In this document: positions 9,804 through 18,493 of the stretch, piece after piece | Position numbering within the stretch: the first letter of the stretch is position 1 | How the letters are laid out: each line of letters opens with the position of its first letter | The notes under the pieces: generated by a model | What the model saw: the letters and a program-made list of their open reading frames with translations, nothing else | Databases searched by the model: none | Told to the model about the DNA's origin: nothing | Position numbers and translations under genes: made by a program | Assembly: GCA_963727525.1 (NCBI GenBank) | Contig: CAVSGO010000007.1 | Coordinates: 480,001 to 544,000, forward strand | DNA from: an uncultured bacterium | GTDB taxonomy: Bacteria; Krumholzibacteriota; Krumholzibacteriia; LZORAL124-64-63 | Length of the DNA stretch: 64,000 bases | Direction of reading: 5' to 3'

Positions 9804-10489
9804 GCGACCGGCTCGCCCTGCCTGACGGACGCACCGTCGCCCTGGACGCATCCACCCGGTTGCGCGTGCGCAGTGGCGTTGTCGTGGCCGCGGACGTGGT
9901 CGTACGGGACGAACCGGCGGTATGGGACGAGATGGTCGCGCTGGCCGAGAATCTGCGCGGGCGGTATGCGGGCCGCCTGCCGAGCGAGATCGACGGGCTG
10001 CACGAGGCGCGTACGCTCTACAACGACTTCGGGATGGAGCCCACGCGCTACCGGCCCAGTAGCGAGGCGCTGCTGCGGCGAGTCCTGCAGGACCGGGATC
10101 TCTACCGCATCTCCAATGTGGTCGACTGCTGCAATCTGGCCAGTTTGAGCTTTTTGTTGCCGATCGGACTCTACGATCTCGACCGTGTCGACGGCGACGT
10201 GACCCTGCGGGCCGGCCACGCGGGGGAAGGGTACCCCGGAATCCGCAAGGGTACCATCAGCCTCGAGGGCCGGCTCGGACTGTTCGATGCCCAGGGGGGA
10301 TTCGGATCCCCCACCAGCGACAGTGCGCGGACGTCGGTAAGCGAGAGCACACGGCGTTTGCTCGGTGTGGTGATGGCGACCGGGAGCTACGACGGCGAGG
10401 CGACGCTTCGTCACGCCGGTTTCCTGGGCGAACTCTTCGTGCGCCATTGTGGCGGGCGAATCCTCTTCACTGGTACGCTCGGAGGTTGA
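9800..10489 (+). CDS. Free-standing B3/4 domain protein (PheRS beta-subunit editing-domain family)
   Basis: EPTRYRPSSEALLRR, ISNVVDCCNLASL, PIGLYDLD, FGSPTSDS; GTG start overlaps the rmlB stop. Confidence 0.85.
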   Translation: MSDRLALPDGRTVALDASTRLRVRSGVVVAADVVVRDEPAVWDEMVALAENLRGRYAGRLPSEIDGLHEARTLYNDFGMEPTRYRPSSEALLRRVLQDRDLYRISNVVDCCNLASLSFLLPIGLYDLDRVDGDVTLRAGHAGEGYPGIRKGTISLEGRLGLFDAQGGFGSPTSDSARTSVSESTRRLLGVVMATGSYDGEATLRHAGFLGELFVRHCGGRILFTGTLGG

Positions 10490-10494
10490 GAACG

Positions 10495-12192
10495 GTGCGT
10501 CCACATGCGCATGCCCTGATCGCGCCCGCAGCGATCGCGCTTTTCCTCGTCGGCGGGATCACGCAGGCCGTGGAGGCACCCGCCACAGGCGACTCGTGCA
10601 TGGTCGTCACGGCCCATCCGCTGGCGACGCAGGCGGCGGTCGCCGTCCTGCGTGATGGCGGCAATGCGGCCGACGCGGTCGTATGCGCCGCGTTCGCCCT
10701 CGCGGTCGTCGAGCCGTATGCCTCCGGCCTTGGTGGTGGCGGCTTCGTGGTGGGCTGGAACCGGTCGTCGGACGCCGGATTCGCGCTCGATTGCCGGGAG
10801 ACGGCGCCGGCTGCCGCGACCCATGGCATGTATCGCGCGCGGGACGGCGGCGTCGATCCTGCCGCCAGTCAGGATGGCCCGCGCGCGGTGGCCGTGCCCG
10901 GCCTCGTGCGCGGACTCTGGGACCTGCACGTACGCGAGGGACGCTTGCCGTGGGCGCGTTTGATCGCACCGGCCGCGGCGTACGCGCGCGACGGGTATCC
11001 GGCCAGTGCCATGCTGATCGCGCGCCTCGCCGAGGAAGCACCGCGTCTCGACGAGACCCTGCGGTCGGTATTCATACCCGGCGGAGTGCTCCCACAGGCG
11101 GGACAGCTCATCGTCCAGCCGGACCTCGCCGCGACGCTTTCCCTTCTCGCCGATCAGGGCCCCGATCCGTTCTACACGGGTGACCTGGCGGAGCGTATCG
11201 CTGCGGCCGTTGCCGGCGCGCGCGGCACACTCACCATGGCCGATCTCGCGAGCTATCGCACCGTGTGGCGCGCGCCGGTCACCGGCACGTATCGCGGCCT
11301 CACCGTCGTCTCGATGCCGCCCCCCAGCAGCGGTGGCGTGCACCTCATCGAGATGCTGCACGTCATCGAGGGCTTCGATCTGACCGCGGCCGGCTATGGC
11401 AGCGCCGCGGCGTGGCATCCCCTGCTGGAGGCGATGAAGTTCGCCTTCGCCGACCGCAGCCGTTTCCTCGGCGACCCGGACTTCGTGGCGGTGCCCGTGC
11501 GCCGCCTCACTTCCCGCGCCTACGCCGACTCCCTGCGCGCGCGCATTCCGGCGGAGCACGCGATCCCCTGCGCCGACATCGCCGGCGTCGGTGCGCCCGA
11601 TCACGCGGGGCACACGAGCCACATCAGCATCGTCGACAGTGACGGGAACGCGGTCGCCGCCACCTTCACGATCAACCTCACGTTCGGCTCCGGCGTGATG
11701 GCCGCGAGCACCGGGATCATCCTCAACGACGAGATGGACGACTTCGTCGCCGCGCCGGGAGTCGCCAACGCGTTCGGCCTCGTGGGCGGCGAGGCCAACA
11801 GCATCGCGCCGGGCAAGCGACCGCTGTCGAGCATGACGCCGACCATCGTCCTCGATGCCGACGGGGCCGTGTTCATGGTCACCGGCAGCCCCGGCGGTTC
11901 GCGCATCATCACGACGACCCTGCAAACGATCGTGCATGTGGTCGATTTCGGGATGGATGCGCTGCAGGCGGTGAGCGTACCGCGGATCCATCACCAGTGG
12001 TCGCCGCCGACGACGTTCCACGAGCCCTACGGCATCTCGCCCGACACGCGAGCGCGGCTCGCGGCGATGGGCTACGCGTTCACCGAGCGTCAGAAGATCG
12101 GACTCGCGCAAACGATCGTGCGCGACCGCGCGCGCGGTCTCTGGACGGGCGCGAGCGATCCGCGCGGCATGGGGCTGGCCGCTGGGTTCTGA
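10495..12192 (+). CDS. ggt: Gamma-glutamyltransferase
   Basis: GGNAADA, EPYASGLGGGGF, DCRE, HTSHISIVD (catalytic Thr), LNDEMDDF, PGKRPLSSMTPT, GSPGGSRI, SDPR. Start approximate. Confidence 0.95.
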   Translation: MRPHAHALIAPAAIALFLVGGITQAVEAPATGDSCMVVTAHPLATQAAVAVLRDGGNAADAVVCAAFALAVVEPYASGLGGGGFVVGWNRSSDAGFALDCRETAPAAATHGMYRARDGGVDPAASQDGPRAVAVPGLVRGLWDLHVREGRLPWARLIAPAAAYARDGYPASAMLIARLAEEAPRLDETLRSVFIPGGVLPQAGQLIVQPDLAATLSLLADQGPDPFYTGDLAERIAAAVAGARGTLTMADLASYRTVWRAPVTGTYRGLTVVSMPPPSSGGVHLIEMLHVIEGFDLTAAGYGSAAAWHPLLEAMKFAFADRSRFLGDPDFVAVPVRRLTSRAYADSLRARIPAEHAIPCADIAGVGAPDHAGHTSHISIVDSDGNAVAATFTINLTFGSGVMAASTGIILNDEMDDFVAAPGVANAFGLVGGEANSIAPGKRPLSSMTPTIVLDADGAVFMVTGSPGGSRIITTTLQTIVHVVDFGMDALQAVSVPRIHHQWSPPTTFHEPYGISPDTRARLAAMGYAFTERQKIGLAQTIVRDRARGLWTGASDPRGMGLAAGF

Positions 12193-12233
12193 CGGCGCTT
12201 ACTTGGCGGAACACCCTCGTCCCTGGAGGCGTC

Positions 12234-13505
12234 ATGTACCGCCGCTCCTTACTGTTGCCGTCGATCATTGCGCTGCTGACCACTGCGACCGGCGTCCTCG
12301 CCCAGGATGTTGGCGACCATCCCGACACCACGCGATTGCGCCGCATCGTCGTCGATCTCACGGCGCCCGCGCTGGCGGGACGTGAGGCCGGCACGCCGGG
12401 CGAGGTCGCGGCCGGCGATTCGCTCGCCCACTGGCTCGCCGCGGCTGGATTGCAACCGGCGTTTGCGGGTGACTGGTTCCAGCTCTTCCCCCTGCACGGC
12501 GACAGCCTTACGGGTCGCGAGTCGCGCAACACCGTGGGCGTGATTCCCGGGGTCGGAGATCTCGCGGGGCGTTGGGTCGTGATCGCCGCCCACGTCGATC
12601 ACCTGGGCCGGATGCCCGACGTGCCTGCCGATGCGGTGCCGGCGCCTGGACACTACTACCCTGGAGCCAACGACAATGCCGCCGGCGTTGCCGCGGTGGT
12701 GGCCGCCACGCGGGTCCTGGCCGCGAGCAAGGATGGTGGCCCACGGCGTGGCGTCCTCGTGGCCGGGTTCGGCGGAGAAGAGGCCGGTCTGCAGGGATCG
12801 GCCTGGTTCGTCGATCATCTGCCGGTTCCGCGCGACAGCCTCGACGTCATGCTCAATCTCGACACGATCGGTCGCCTGACGGGGGATGCTCTCTATGTCG
12901 GTGGCGTGGGCACGTCGCCGCCGCTCGCGGACATGGCGCGCGCAGCGTCCGGCGCGCTCCCTCTGCGGGAGTCCCGGGCGGGCTGGTCCGGCGGCGATCA
13001 CGTGAGCTTCTTGCTCCACCACATTCCGGCCGTCGCGCTCTTCGGCGGACCCTATGCCGAGTACAACTCGCCCGCAGACGACGTCGACGTGATCGACTTC
13101 GTCAGCGTGGCGCGCGTGTCCGGTTTCGCCGCCCAGCTAGCGGATAGCATGCGCCGCCATGACGGACCATTCCCGTACGTCGAAGTGGCGCCCGTCAACG
13201 AAGCGGTTTCCACGGACGGTAACCGCTCCACGTGGTTCGGAAGTGTTCCGGACTTCGGCGGCGATGCCGATGGCTACAGGATCGGTCAGGTCGTGGCGGG
13301 GGGGCCGGCGGCGCGCGCGGGCTTGCGCGACGGCGACATCCTCGTGCGCCTGGCCGACGACGCCGTCACCGACCTCGCGACATTCACCGAGGCCCTGCGA
13401 CGCCATGCGCCCGGCGATCCGGTCGATGTCACCGTCGAGCGCAGCGGACGCCCGATGCGCTTCACCGTGGTCCTCGGTGATCGCCACGACCGCGGCGCGC
13501 CGTGA
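12234..13505 (+). CDS. Exported M28 family peptidase with C-terminal PDZ domain
   Basis: Signal peptide; AHVDHLG, GANDNAAG, GEEAGLQGS, NLDTIG, GGDH; PDZ GGPAARAGLRDGDI. Confidence 0.88.
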   Translation: MYRRSLLLPSIIALLTTATGVLAQDVGDHPDTTRLRRIVVDLTAPALAGREAGTPGEVAAGDSLAHWLAAAGLQPAFAGDWFQLFPLHGDSLTGRESRNTVGVIPGVGDLAGRWVVIAAHVDHLGRMPDVPADAVPAPGHYYPGANDNAAGVAAVVAATRVLAASKDGGPRRGVLVAGFGGEEAGLQGSAWFVDHLPVPRDSLDVMLNLDTIGRLTGDALYVGGVGTSPPLADMARAASGALPLRESRAGWSGGDHVSFLLHHIPAVALFGGPYAEYNSPADDVDVIDFVSVARVSGFAAQLADSMRRHDGPFPYVEVAPVNEAVSTDGNRSTWFGSVPDFGGDADGYRIGQVVAGGPAARAGLRDGDILVRLADDAVTDLATFTEALRRHAPGDPVDVTVERSGRPMRFTVVLGDRHDRGAP

Positions 13506-14725
13506 GTGCCCGTGTCGTCCGCGCGGGCGGAACTCCGCCCGCAGACATGGCGTCTGACGCCGACCTGCCGATCGCGGACCTGCGTCGTGATCTGCTGGCC
13601 TGGTATGCCGTGCGGCGTCGCGCCCTGCCCTGGCGCGAACGTCCCTCGCTCTATGGTACCTGGATCTCGGAGATCATGTTGCAGCAGACCACGGTCGCTG
13701 CCGTCGTGCCGTACTGGGAGCGCTTCGTCGGGCGCTTTCCCGACGTGTCCACACTGGCCGCCGCGCCCCGGGACGACGTTCTCGCACTGTGGTCGGGGCT
13801 GGGCTACTACCGCCGTGGCCGCATGCTGCATGAAGCTGCGCGTCTCGTCGTGGCCGAGCGCAGCGGCGAATTGCCCGCCACGGCGGCGCAGTGGCGGGCA
13901 TTGCCGGGGGTGGGGGCGTACGCGGCGGGAGCCATCGCCAGTATCGGACTCGGTGAGGTGGTGCCGGCCGTCGATGCGAACGCGCGGCGGGTCATCCTGC
14001 GCTGGCTGGCCCCCGATCCGGCCGCGGCCCGCGCGGTGAGCGCCGCGGGATTGGGAGCCGTCGCGGCAGCGCTCGTCGATCCACAACGGCCCGGCGACTG
14101 GAACCAGGCCGTCATGGAACTCGGCGCCACCCATTGCCGGGCGCGCCAGGTCGACTGCGGGCGGTGCCCCGTGCAATGCCACTGCCGCGCCCGGGCGGCA
14201 GGCGATCCCGTGCATGTGGGCGAGGCGAAACGCCGCGCCCCGGCCATGCCAGTGCGCACCACGTGCCTGGCCGTCGTCCACCGCGGACGCGTGCTCCTCG
14301 TCCCGGCCGCGGCGGCGGGCGTGGCCGGTGAGCTCGCGCAGGGCGATGTCGTTCGCGACAATGTCGGATCGCTGCACGGGGGGTTGTTCGTGCTGCCGCA
14401 GACGGCATGGTACGGAGGGTCCACCGGCACCGCGCGGCCCGCGGACGTCGCCGCCATCTGGCGGACATGGCTCGACGCCCGTGGCATCCCGGCTGCGGCC
14501 GTGTTCTGCGCGGGGGAGGTGCGGCATGCCATCACGCGGTTCCGTCTGCAGGTGACGGTCGTGCGCATCGACTTACCGGGCGACCGACCCCGGCCTCCGC
14601 TCCTGGAAGAATGGCGGGAAGGGCGCTGGCCAACCCTCCGGGAGGGCGCCTCCGGGGTCGGCACCCTGCCCATCTCGGTCCTCGCCGCGCGCTGCCTGGG
14701 GCGCCTGACCGTTTCTGCACGATAG
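13502..14725 (+). CDS. mutY: A/G-specific adenine glycosylase
   Basis: WISEIMLQQT, WSGLGYY, LPGVGAY (HhH), VDAN, C-x6-C-x2-C-x5-C Fe-S motif, HAITRF in the NUDIX-like C-terminal domain. Confidence 0.9.
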   Translation: MSARVVRAGGTPPADMASDADLPIADLRRDLLAWYAVRRRALPWRERPSLYGTWISEIMLQQTTVAAVVPYWERFVGRFPDVSTLAAAPRDDVLALWSGLGYYRRGRMLHEAARLVVAERSGELPATAAQWRALPGVGAYAAGAIASIGLGEVVPAVDANARRVILRWLAPDPAAARAVSAAGLGAVAAALVDPQRPGDWNQAVMELGATHCRARQVDCGRCPVQCHCRARAAGDPVHVGEAKRRAPAMPVRTTCLAVVHRGRVLLVPAAAAGVAGELAQGDVVRDNVGSLHGGLFVLPQTAWYGGSTGTARPADVAAIWRTWLDARGIPAAAVFCAGEVRHAITRFRLQVTVVRIDLPGDRPRPPLLEEWREGRWPTLREGASGVGTLPISVLAARCLGRLTVSAR

Positions 14726-14914
14726 TGATAATGCCAGAGTATTTTTGGGTTTTCACAGGCTCCTGGCGTGCAACCTCTTAGGAGAAAACGCGGGAAGTCT
14801 ACGGGTATTCTTGATTACGTTTTGACAATGCGGAGTTCAATCACCAATTTTGCCCGCACTGGTGTTACCCTCAAGGCGCAAACGACCCCCAATCCACCCT
14901 GGAAGGTTACAACG

Positions 14915-15313
14915 ATGCTCCAGATCACCAGGCAAACGGAATACGCGATCCGCGGTCTGCAGGAACTGGCCCGCCGCAACGGCGATGCTCCCGTGCAGCT
15001 CAAGTCCATCGCGAAATCCTGCGATGTATCCGAGGCCTTCCTGGCCAAGATCTTCCAGATGCTCTCGCAGCAGCACATCGTCAAGAGCCATCGCGGCGTG
15101 AAGGGCGGCTTCAGCCTCGGTCGCAAGGCCGACGAGATCTCCCTGCGCGACATCGTCGAGGTGTGCGAGGGCGGGATCGCCCTCAACCACTGCCTGCGCC
15201 AGACGAATCGGTGCGAGAATGCGGACGATTGCAACATGAGTCAGGCCTGGTCCAAGGCCCAGAACGCTCTGGTCGGCGCGCTCGAGGAGACGTATCTCTC
15301 CGACCTGCTCTAG
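14915..15313 (+). CDS. Rrf2 family transcriptional regulator (three-Cys, Fe-S type)
   Basis: MLQITRQTEYAIRGL, FLAKIFQML, SHRGVKGGFSL, C-x6-C-x5-C near the C-terminus; AT-rich upstream region with TTGACA at 14822. Confidence 0.92.
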   Translation: MLQITRQTEYAIRGLQELARRNGDAPVQLKSIAKSCDVSEAFLAKIFQMLSQQHIVKSHRGVKGGFSLGRKADEISLRDIVEVCEGGIALNHCLRQTNRCENADDCNMSQAWSKAQNALVGALEETYLSDLL

Positions 15314-16449
15314 GTCGGTAAGCTCTCTGGCGGGCCCTCGTGCGGACGAGGGCCCCCGATCTCCTCGCCAACGCTCCGATTTCCCGCATCCAGATGCCGA
15401 CGGCGTAGCTGTCCGCATGCCGCCGCGATATCCCGTCCCCCGCTCACGCGAATCGTCACCGGCACATCGGCCCGCCGGAGCACGTCCTGGAACGCGAGGA
15501 TACGCTCGCTCTCCGGTGCCCTCAATGCGTCGTCGTCCAGCTCGTTCAACGGGATGAGATTGACCTTGAACGGACGGTTCGCCAGGTGCTGTACGAGCAG
15601 TTGCGCCTGCGCGGGATCGTCGGTGCGCCCTGCGATCAGGACCCAGGCCACCGTCACGCGCCGGTTCATGCGTTGCGCGTGCATCTCCGCGGCTCGCAGT
15701 ACGGTCGCGATGGCGGCCTTGCCCGATACCGGCATGATCTTGCGTCGGGCCTGGTCGTCGGCACCACCCAGGCTGATCGTGAGGCCGACGGCGTGCCGCA
15801 ACTCGTTGAGCCGCGCCAGGCCATGCGGCGGTGCCGAGGTCGAGATCTGGATCCTCCGGACGGACATTCCCAGGCCGCTCGGCGCCACGAACGTGTCGAT
15901 GGCTCCGCTGACGGCGGCGAAGTTGTCGAGTGGCTCTCCCATCCCCATGAAGACCACGTTGAACTGGCGGTCGCCATGCTGAGGATAGGGATCGTCCAGG
16001 AGATCGCGCGCAAGTCTCAGCACCTGCTCGACGATCTCTCCCCGGCTGAGGTCCCGCACACGCCCACCGCGCGCCGTGGCGCAGAACCGGCAGGCCATCG
16101 CACAGCCCACCTGGCTCGATATGCAGAACGTCGCATGCTCCTCCATCGGGATGATCACGCTCTCGACGGTGTTTCCGTCGCGCAGCTCGAACAGGAACTT
16201 CCGCGTCCCGTCGCGACCCACGAGGCGTTCGACGCGCGCCAGGCCACTGGCATCGTAGTCTGCCGCCAGTTCATCCTTGAGCGCTTGCGGGAGGTTGCGC
16301 ATCTCCGACCAGTTGAAGGCAGACCGGGCGTAGAGCCAGTGTGCGAGCTGGCGGCCTCGATAGGATGCGTGCCCCGCCGCCGCCAGCAGGTCTGGCCACG
16401 CGTGGGGGTCATGGTCGCGGAGCAATGGCTTCAACGTGGTCATTGGCAC
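15310..16449 (-). CDS. rlmN: Radical SAM RNA methyltransferase RlmN
   Basis: CISSQVGCAMACRFCATA, FMGMGEPL, NLIP, DIAAACGQL. Confidence 0.88.
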   Translation of the reverse strand: MPMTTLKPLLRDHDPHAWPDLLAAAGHASYRGRQLAHWLYARSAFNWSEMRNLPQALKDELAADYDASGLARVERLVGRDGTRKFLFELRDGNTVESVIIPMEEHATFCISSQVGCAMACRFCATARGGRVRDLSRGEIVEQVLRLARDLLDDPYPQHGDRQFNVVFMGMGEPLDNFAAVSGAIDTFVAPSGLGMSVRRIQISTSAPPHGLARLNELRHAVGLTISLGGADDQARRKIMPVSGKAAIATVLRAAEMHAQRMNRRVTVAWVLIAGRTDDPAQAQLLVQHLANRPFKVNLIPLNELDDDALRAPESERILAFQDVLRRADVPVTIRVSGGRDIAAACGQLRRRHLDAGNRSVGEEIGGPRPHEGPPESLPT

Positions 16450-16577
16450 GGTTCATCTCGCCTCGGCGGGGACGGCCGTCCCGCCCTTGACACGGCCCGG
16501 TGCCCCGGGCAAGTTGAGTCGCAACTCGGGCAAGGTCACCGCGGTCGCGCTGATCCGCAAGCCGAAGGAGTGCATCC

Positions 16578-17942
16578 GTGCAGACGATCCTGGTGGTCGA
16601 CGACGAGGTCGCGATCCGCGAAACACTTGCCCAGATCTTGTCCTACGAGGGGTACCGCGTCCGCACTGCCGCCGACGGTCCCCGGGCACTGGCCGACCTC
16701 CAGGACGAAACGGCCGACGTGGTGCTGCTCGATGTCAAGATGCCCGGCATGGACGGGTTCGAGGTCCTCGCGCGGCTGGGCCGCGACTGGCCCCGACTGC
16801 CGGTCATCGTCATCTCCGGTCACGGCGACATCAAGACCGCCGTCGATGCCGTCAAGCAGGGCGCATACGACTTCCTCGAGAAACCTCTCGACCGCAATCG
16901 CCTCCTGGTCACGCTACAGAATTGCCTCGCCCACAGCCGTGTGGAGCGCGATCGCGAACGGCTGGCGGCCAAGGCCGGGCGCCGCGCACCCCTGATCGGG
17001 GAGTGCCCGGCCATGCACCAGGTCCGCGCCTTCATCGAGCGCGCAGCTCCGGCCAGCGGCACCGTCCTCATCACGGGCGAGAACGGCACCGGCAAGGAAC
17101 TCGTCGTGGCTGCCATCCACGCCGCGAGCCAGCGTCGCAATGGTCCGCTGATCGAGGTCAACTGCGCGGCGATCCCGAAGGACCTCGTGGAGAGCGAACT
17201 GTTCGGGCACGAGAAGGGCGCGTTCACTGGCGCCGACAAGTTGCGGGTCGGCAAGTTTGAGCAGGCAGACGGGGGGACGCTCTTCCTGGACGAGATCGGC
17301 GACATGAACGAGCAGGCGCAGGCCAAGGTGCTGCGTGCCGTGGAGGAGGGGCGATTCCAGCGCGTGGGCGGGAACGAGACGCTGCGGGTCGACGTCCGGA
17401 TCGTCGCCGCCACCAACCGTGACCTCACGCTGCCGGAAACGGGTTTCCGGCGCGACCTCTACTTCCGACTCAACGTCCTGTCTACGCACCTGCCGCCCTT
17501 GCGCGAGCGCGGTCACGACATCGATCTACTGCTCGCGCATTTCATGGCAACCCTCTCCGCGAACCTCAAGGTCAAGGCGAAGACCTTCGCGCCCGAGACA
17601 CTGGCGATCCTGCGCGGGTATGCCTGGCCGGGAAACGTCCGGGAACTGCGCAACCTCGTCGAGCGACTACTCATCCTTACCCCGGGCGATACGGTGCGAC
17701 CGGGCGACCTGCCGCTGTTGCCGGGCGCCGGCGACGGAGGTAAGGGCGAGTGGGACCTGTTGCGTTGCGCGGATTTCCAGGAGTTCAAGTCACGATCGGA
17801 GGGGCTCTATCTCCAGCACAAGTTGCGTGAGTTTCACTACAACGTCAGCCGGACAGCGGAGGCTCTGGCCATGCAGAGAAGCAACCTCTACAAGAAGATC
17901 GCCAAGTATGGTTTGCAAACTCAACCAGAGGACGAGACATGA
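16578..17942 (+). CDS. sigma54-dependent response regulator (REC-AAA+-HTH, NtrX/NtrC-like)
   Basis: ILVVDDE, LLDVKMPGMDG, GENGTGKE, ESELFGHEKGAFTGA, FLDEIGD, WPGNVRELRN, Fis-type HTH; GAAGGAG RBS before GTG. Confidence 0.95.
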   Translation: MQTILVVDDEVAIRETLAQILSYEGYRVRTAADGPRALADLQDETADVVLLDVKMPGMDGFEVLARLGRDWPRLPVIVISGHGDIKTAVDAVKQGAYDFLEKPLDRNRLLVTLQNCLAHSRVERDRERLAAKAGRRAPLIGECPAMHQVRAFIERAAPASGTVLITGENGTGKELVVAAIHAASQRRNGPLIEVNCAAIPKDLVESELFGHEKGAFTGADKLRVGKFEQADGGTLFLDEIGDMNEQAQAKVLRAVEEGRFQRVGGNETLRVDVRIVAATNRDLTLPETGFRRDLYFRLNVLSTHLPPLRERGHDIDLLLAHFMATLSANLKVKAKTFAPETLAILRGYAWPGNVRELRNLVERLLILTPGDTVRPGDLPLLPGAGDGGKGEWDLLRCADFQEFKSRSEGLYLQHKLREFHYNVSRTAEALAMQRSNLYKKIAKYGLQTQPEDET

Positions 17943-17983
17943 CGTCCTGCGCACCATCCTTCAAATAATTATCGACGTACGTA

Positions 17984-18012
17984 TTGACGGCGAGGGGTCG
18001 TTCCAGTATGTT
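17984..18012 (+). promoter_or_regulatory. sigma70-type promoter for the small peptide gene and TPR activator
   Basis: TTGACG-17 bp-TATGTT preceded by an AT-rich tract. Confidence 0.65.
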
Positions 18013-18103
18013 CAAAGCAGAAAACGGCTTCTTGCAAGACTGCAAGAGGCATCCTCCCTCAAGCGGGCGGATTGCCCGCAAGCTCGTCGCTAAGGAGGAG
18101 GAC

Positions 18104-18427
18104 ATGAAGGGAGTCCTCACCGTCCTTGTCCTGACGGCCGCCCTGCTCGTTGCGGCTTCTCTGGACAGCGGCGTTGCTCTGGCCGTCGTCGATGATGCGC
18201 CGCAGGGACAACCTCAGGGTATCGAAGTCCCGCACGGCGTACCGATGGTCATGGGTGACATGTCGGGCGAAGGCAACGAGGGCGATCCGGACGACATCGG
18301 CGGTGGTTTCCGTTCGTCGGGTTCCGGGATCGTCCACGACGTTCCGGATCCGCCTCCCGGCGGGTACGATCTGATGGATCATCTGGTCACTGTCTTTGCA
18401 CGATACTGGTTCCTCTACGTGCGGTGA
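18104..18427 (+). CDS. Small exported protein (107 aa), candidate signalling-peptide precursor
   Basis: Perfect TAAGGAGG RBS; signal peptide MKGVLTVLVLTAALLVAASLDSGVALA; acidic Gly-rich core GEGNEGDPDDIGGG; aromatic C-terminus VTVFARYWFLYVR. Confidence 0.8.
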   Translation: MKGVLTVLVLTAALLVAASLDSGVALAVVDDAPQGQPQGIEVPHGVPMVMGDMSGEGNEGDPDDIGGGFRSSGSGIVHDVPDPPPGGYDLMDHLVTVFARYWFLYVR

Positions 18428-18463
18428 GCCGGCGCCCGAGAACGCCGGCTCTTCGCTTCATTT
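18426..18463 (+). terminator. Hairpin or weak intrinsic terminator between the peptide gene and the activator
   Basis: GAGCCGGCG (18426-34) pairs with CGCCGGCTC (18443-51), followed by TTCGCTTCATTT. Confidence 0.55.
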
Positions 18464-18493
18464 CACGATCTGCGATCCACCACTCGCCAGGGG

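Noticed and set aside
16443-16460. TTGGCACG as a sigma54 promoter for the response regulator
   Set aside because: No GC at the -12 position, and it overlaps the rlmN start; a TTGACA at 16487 is the more plausible element.
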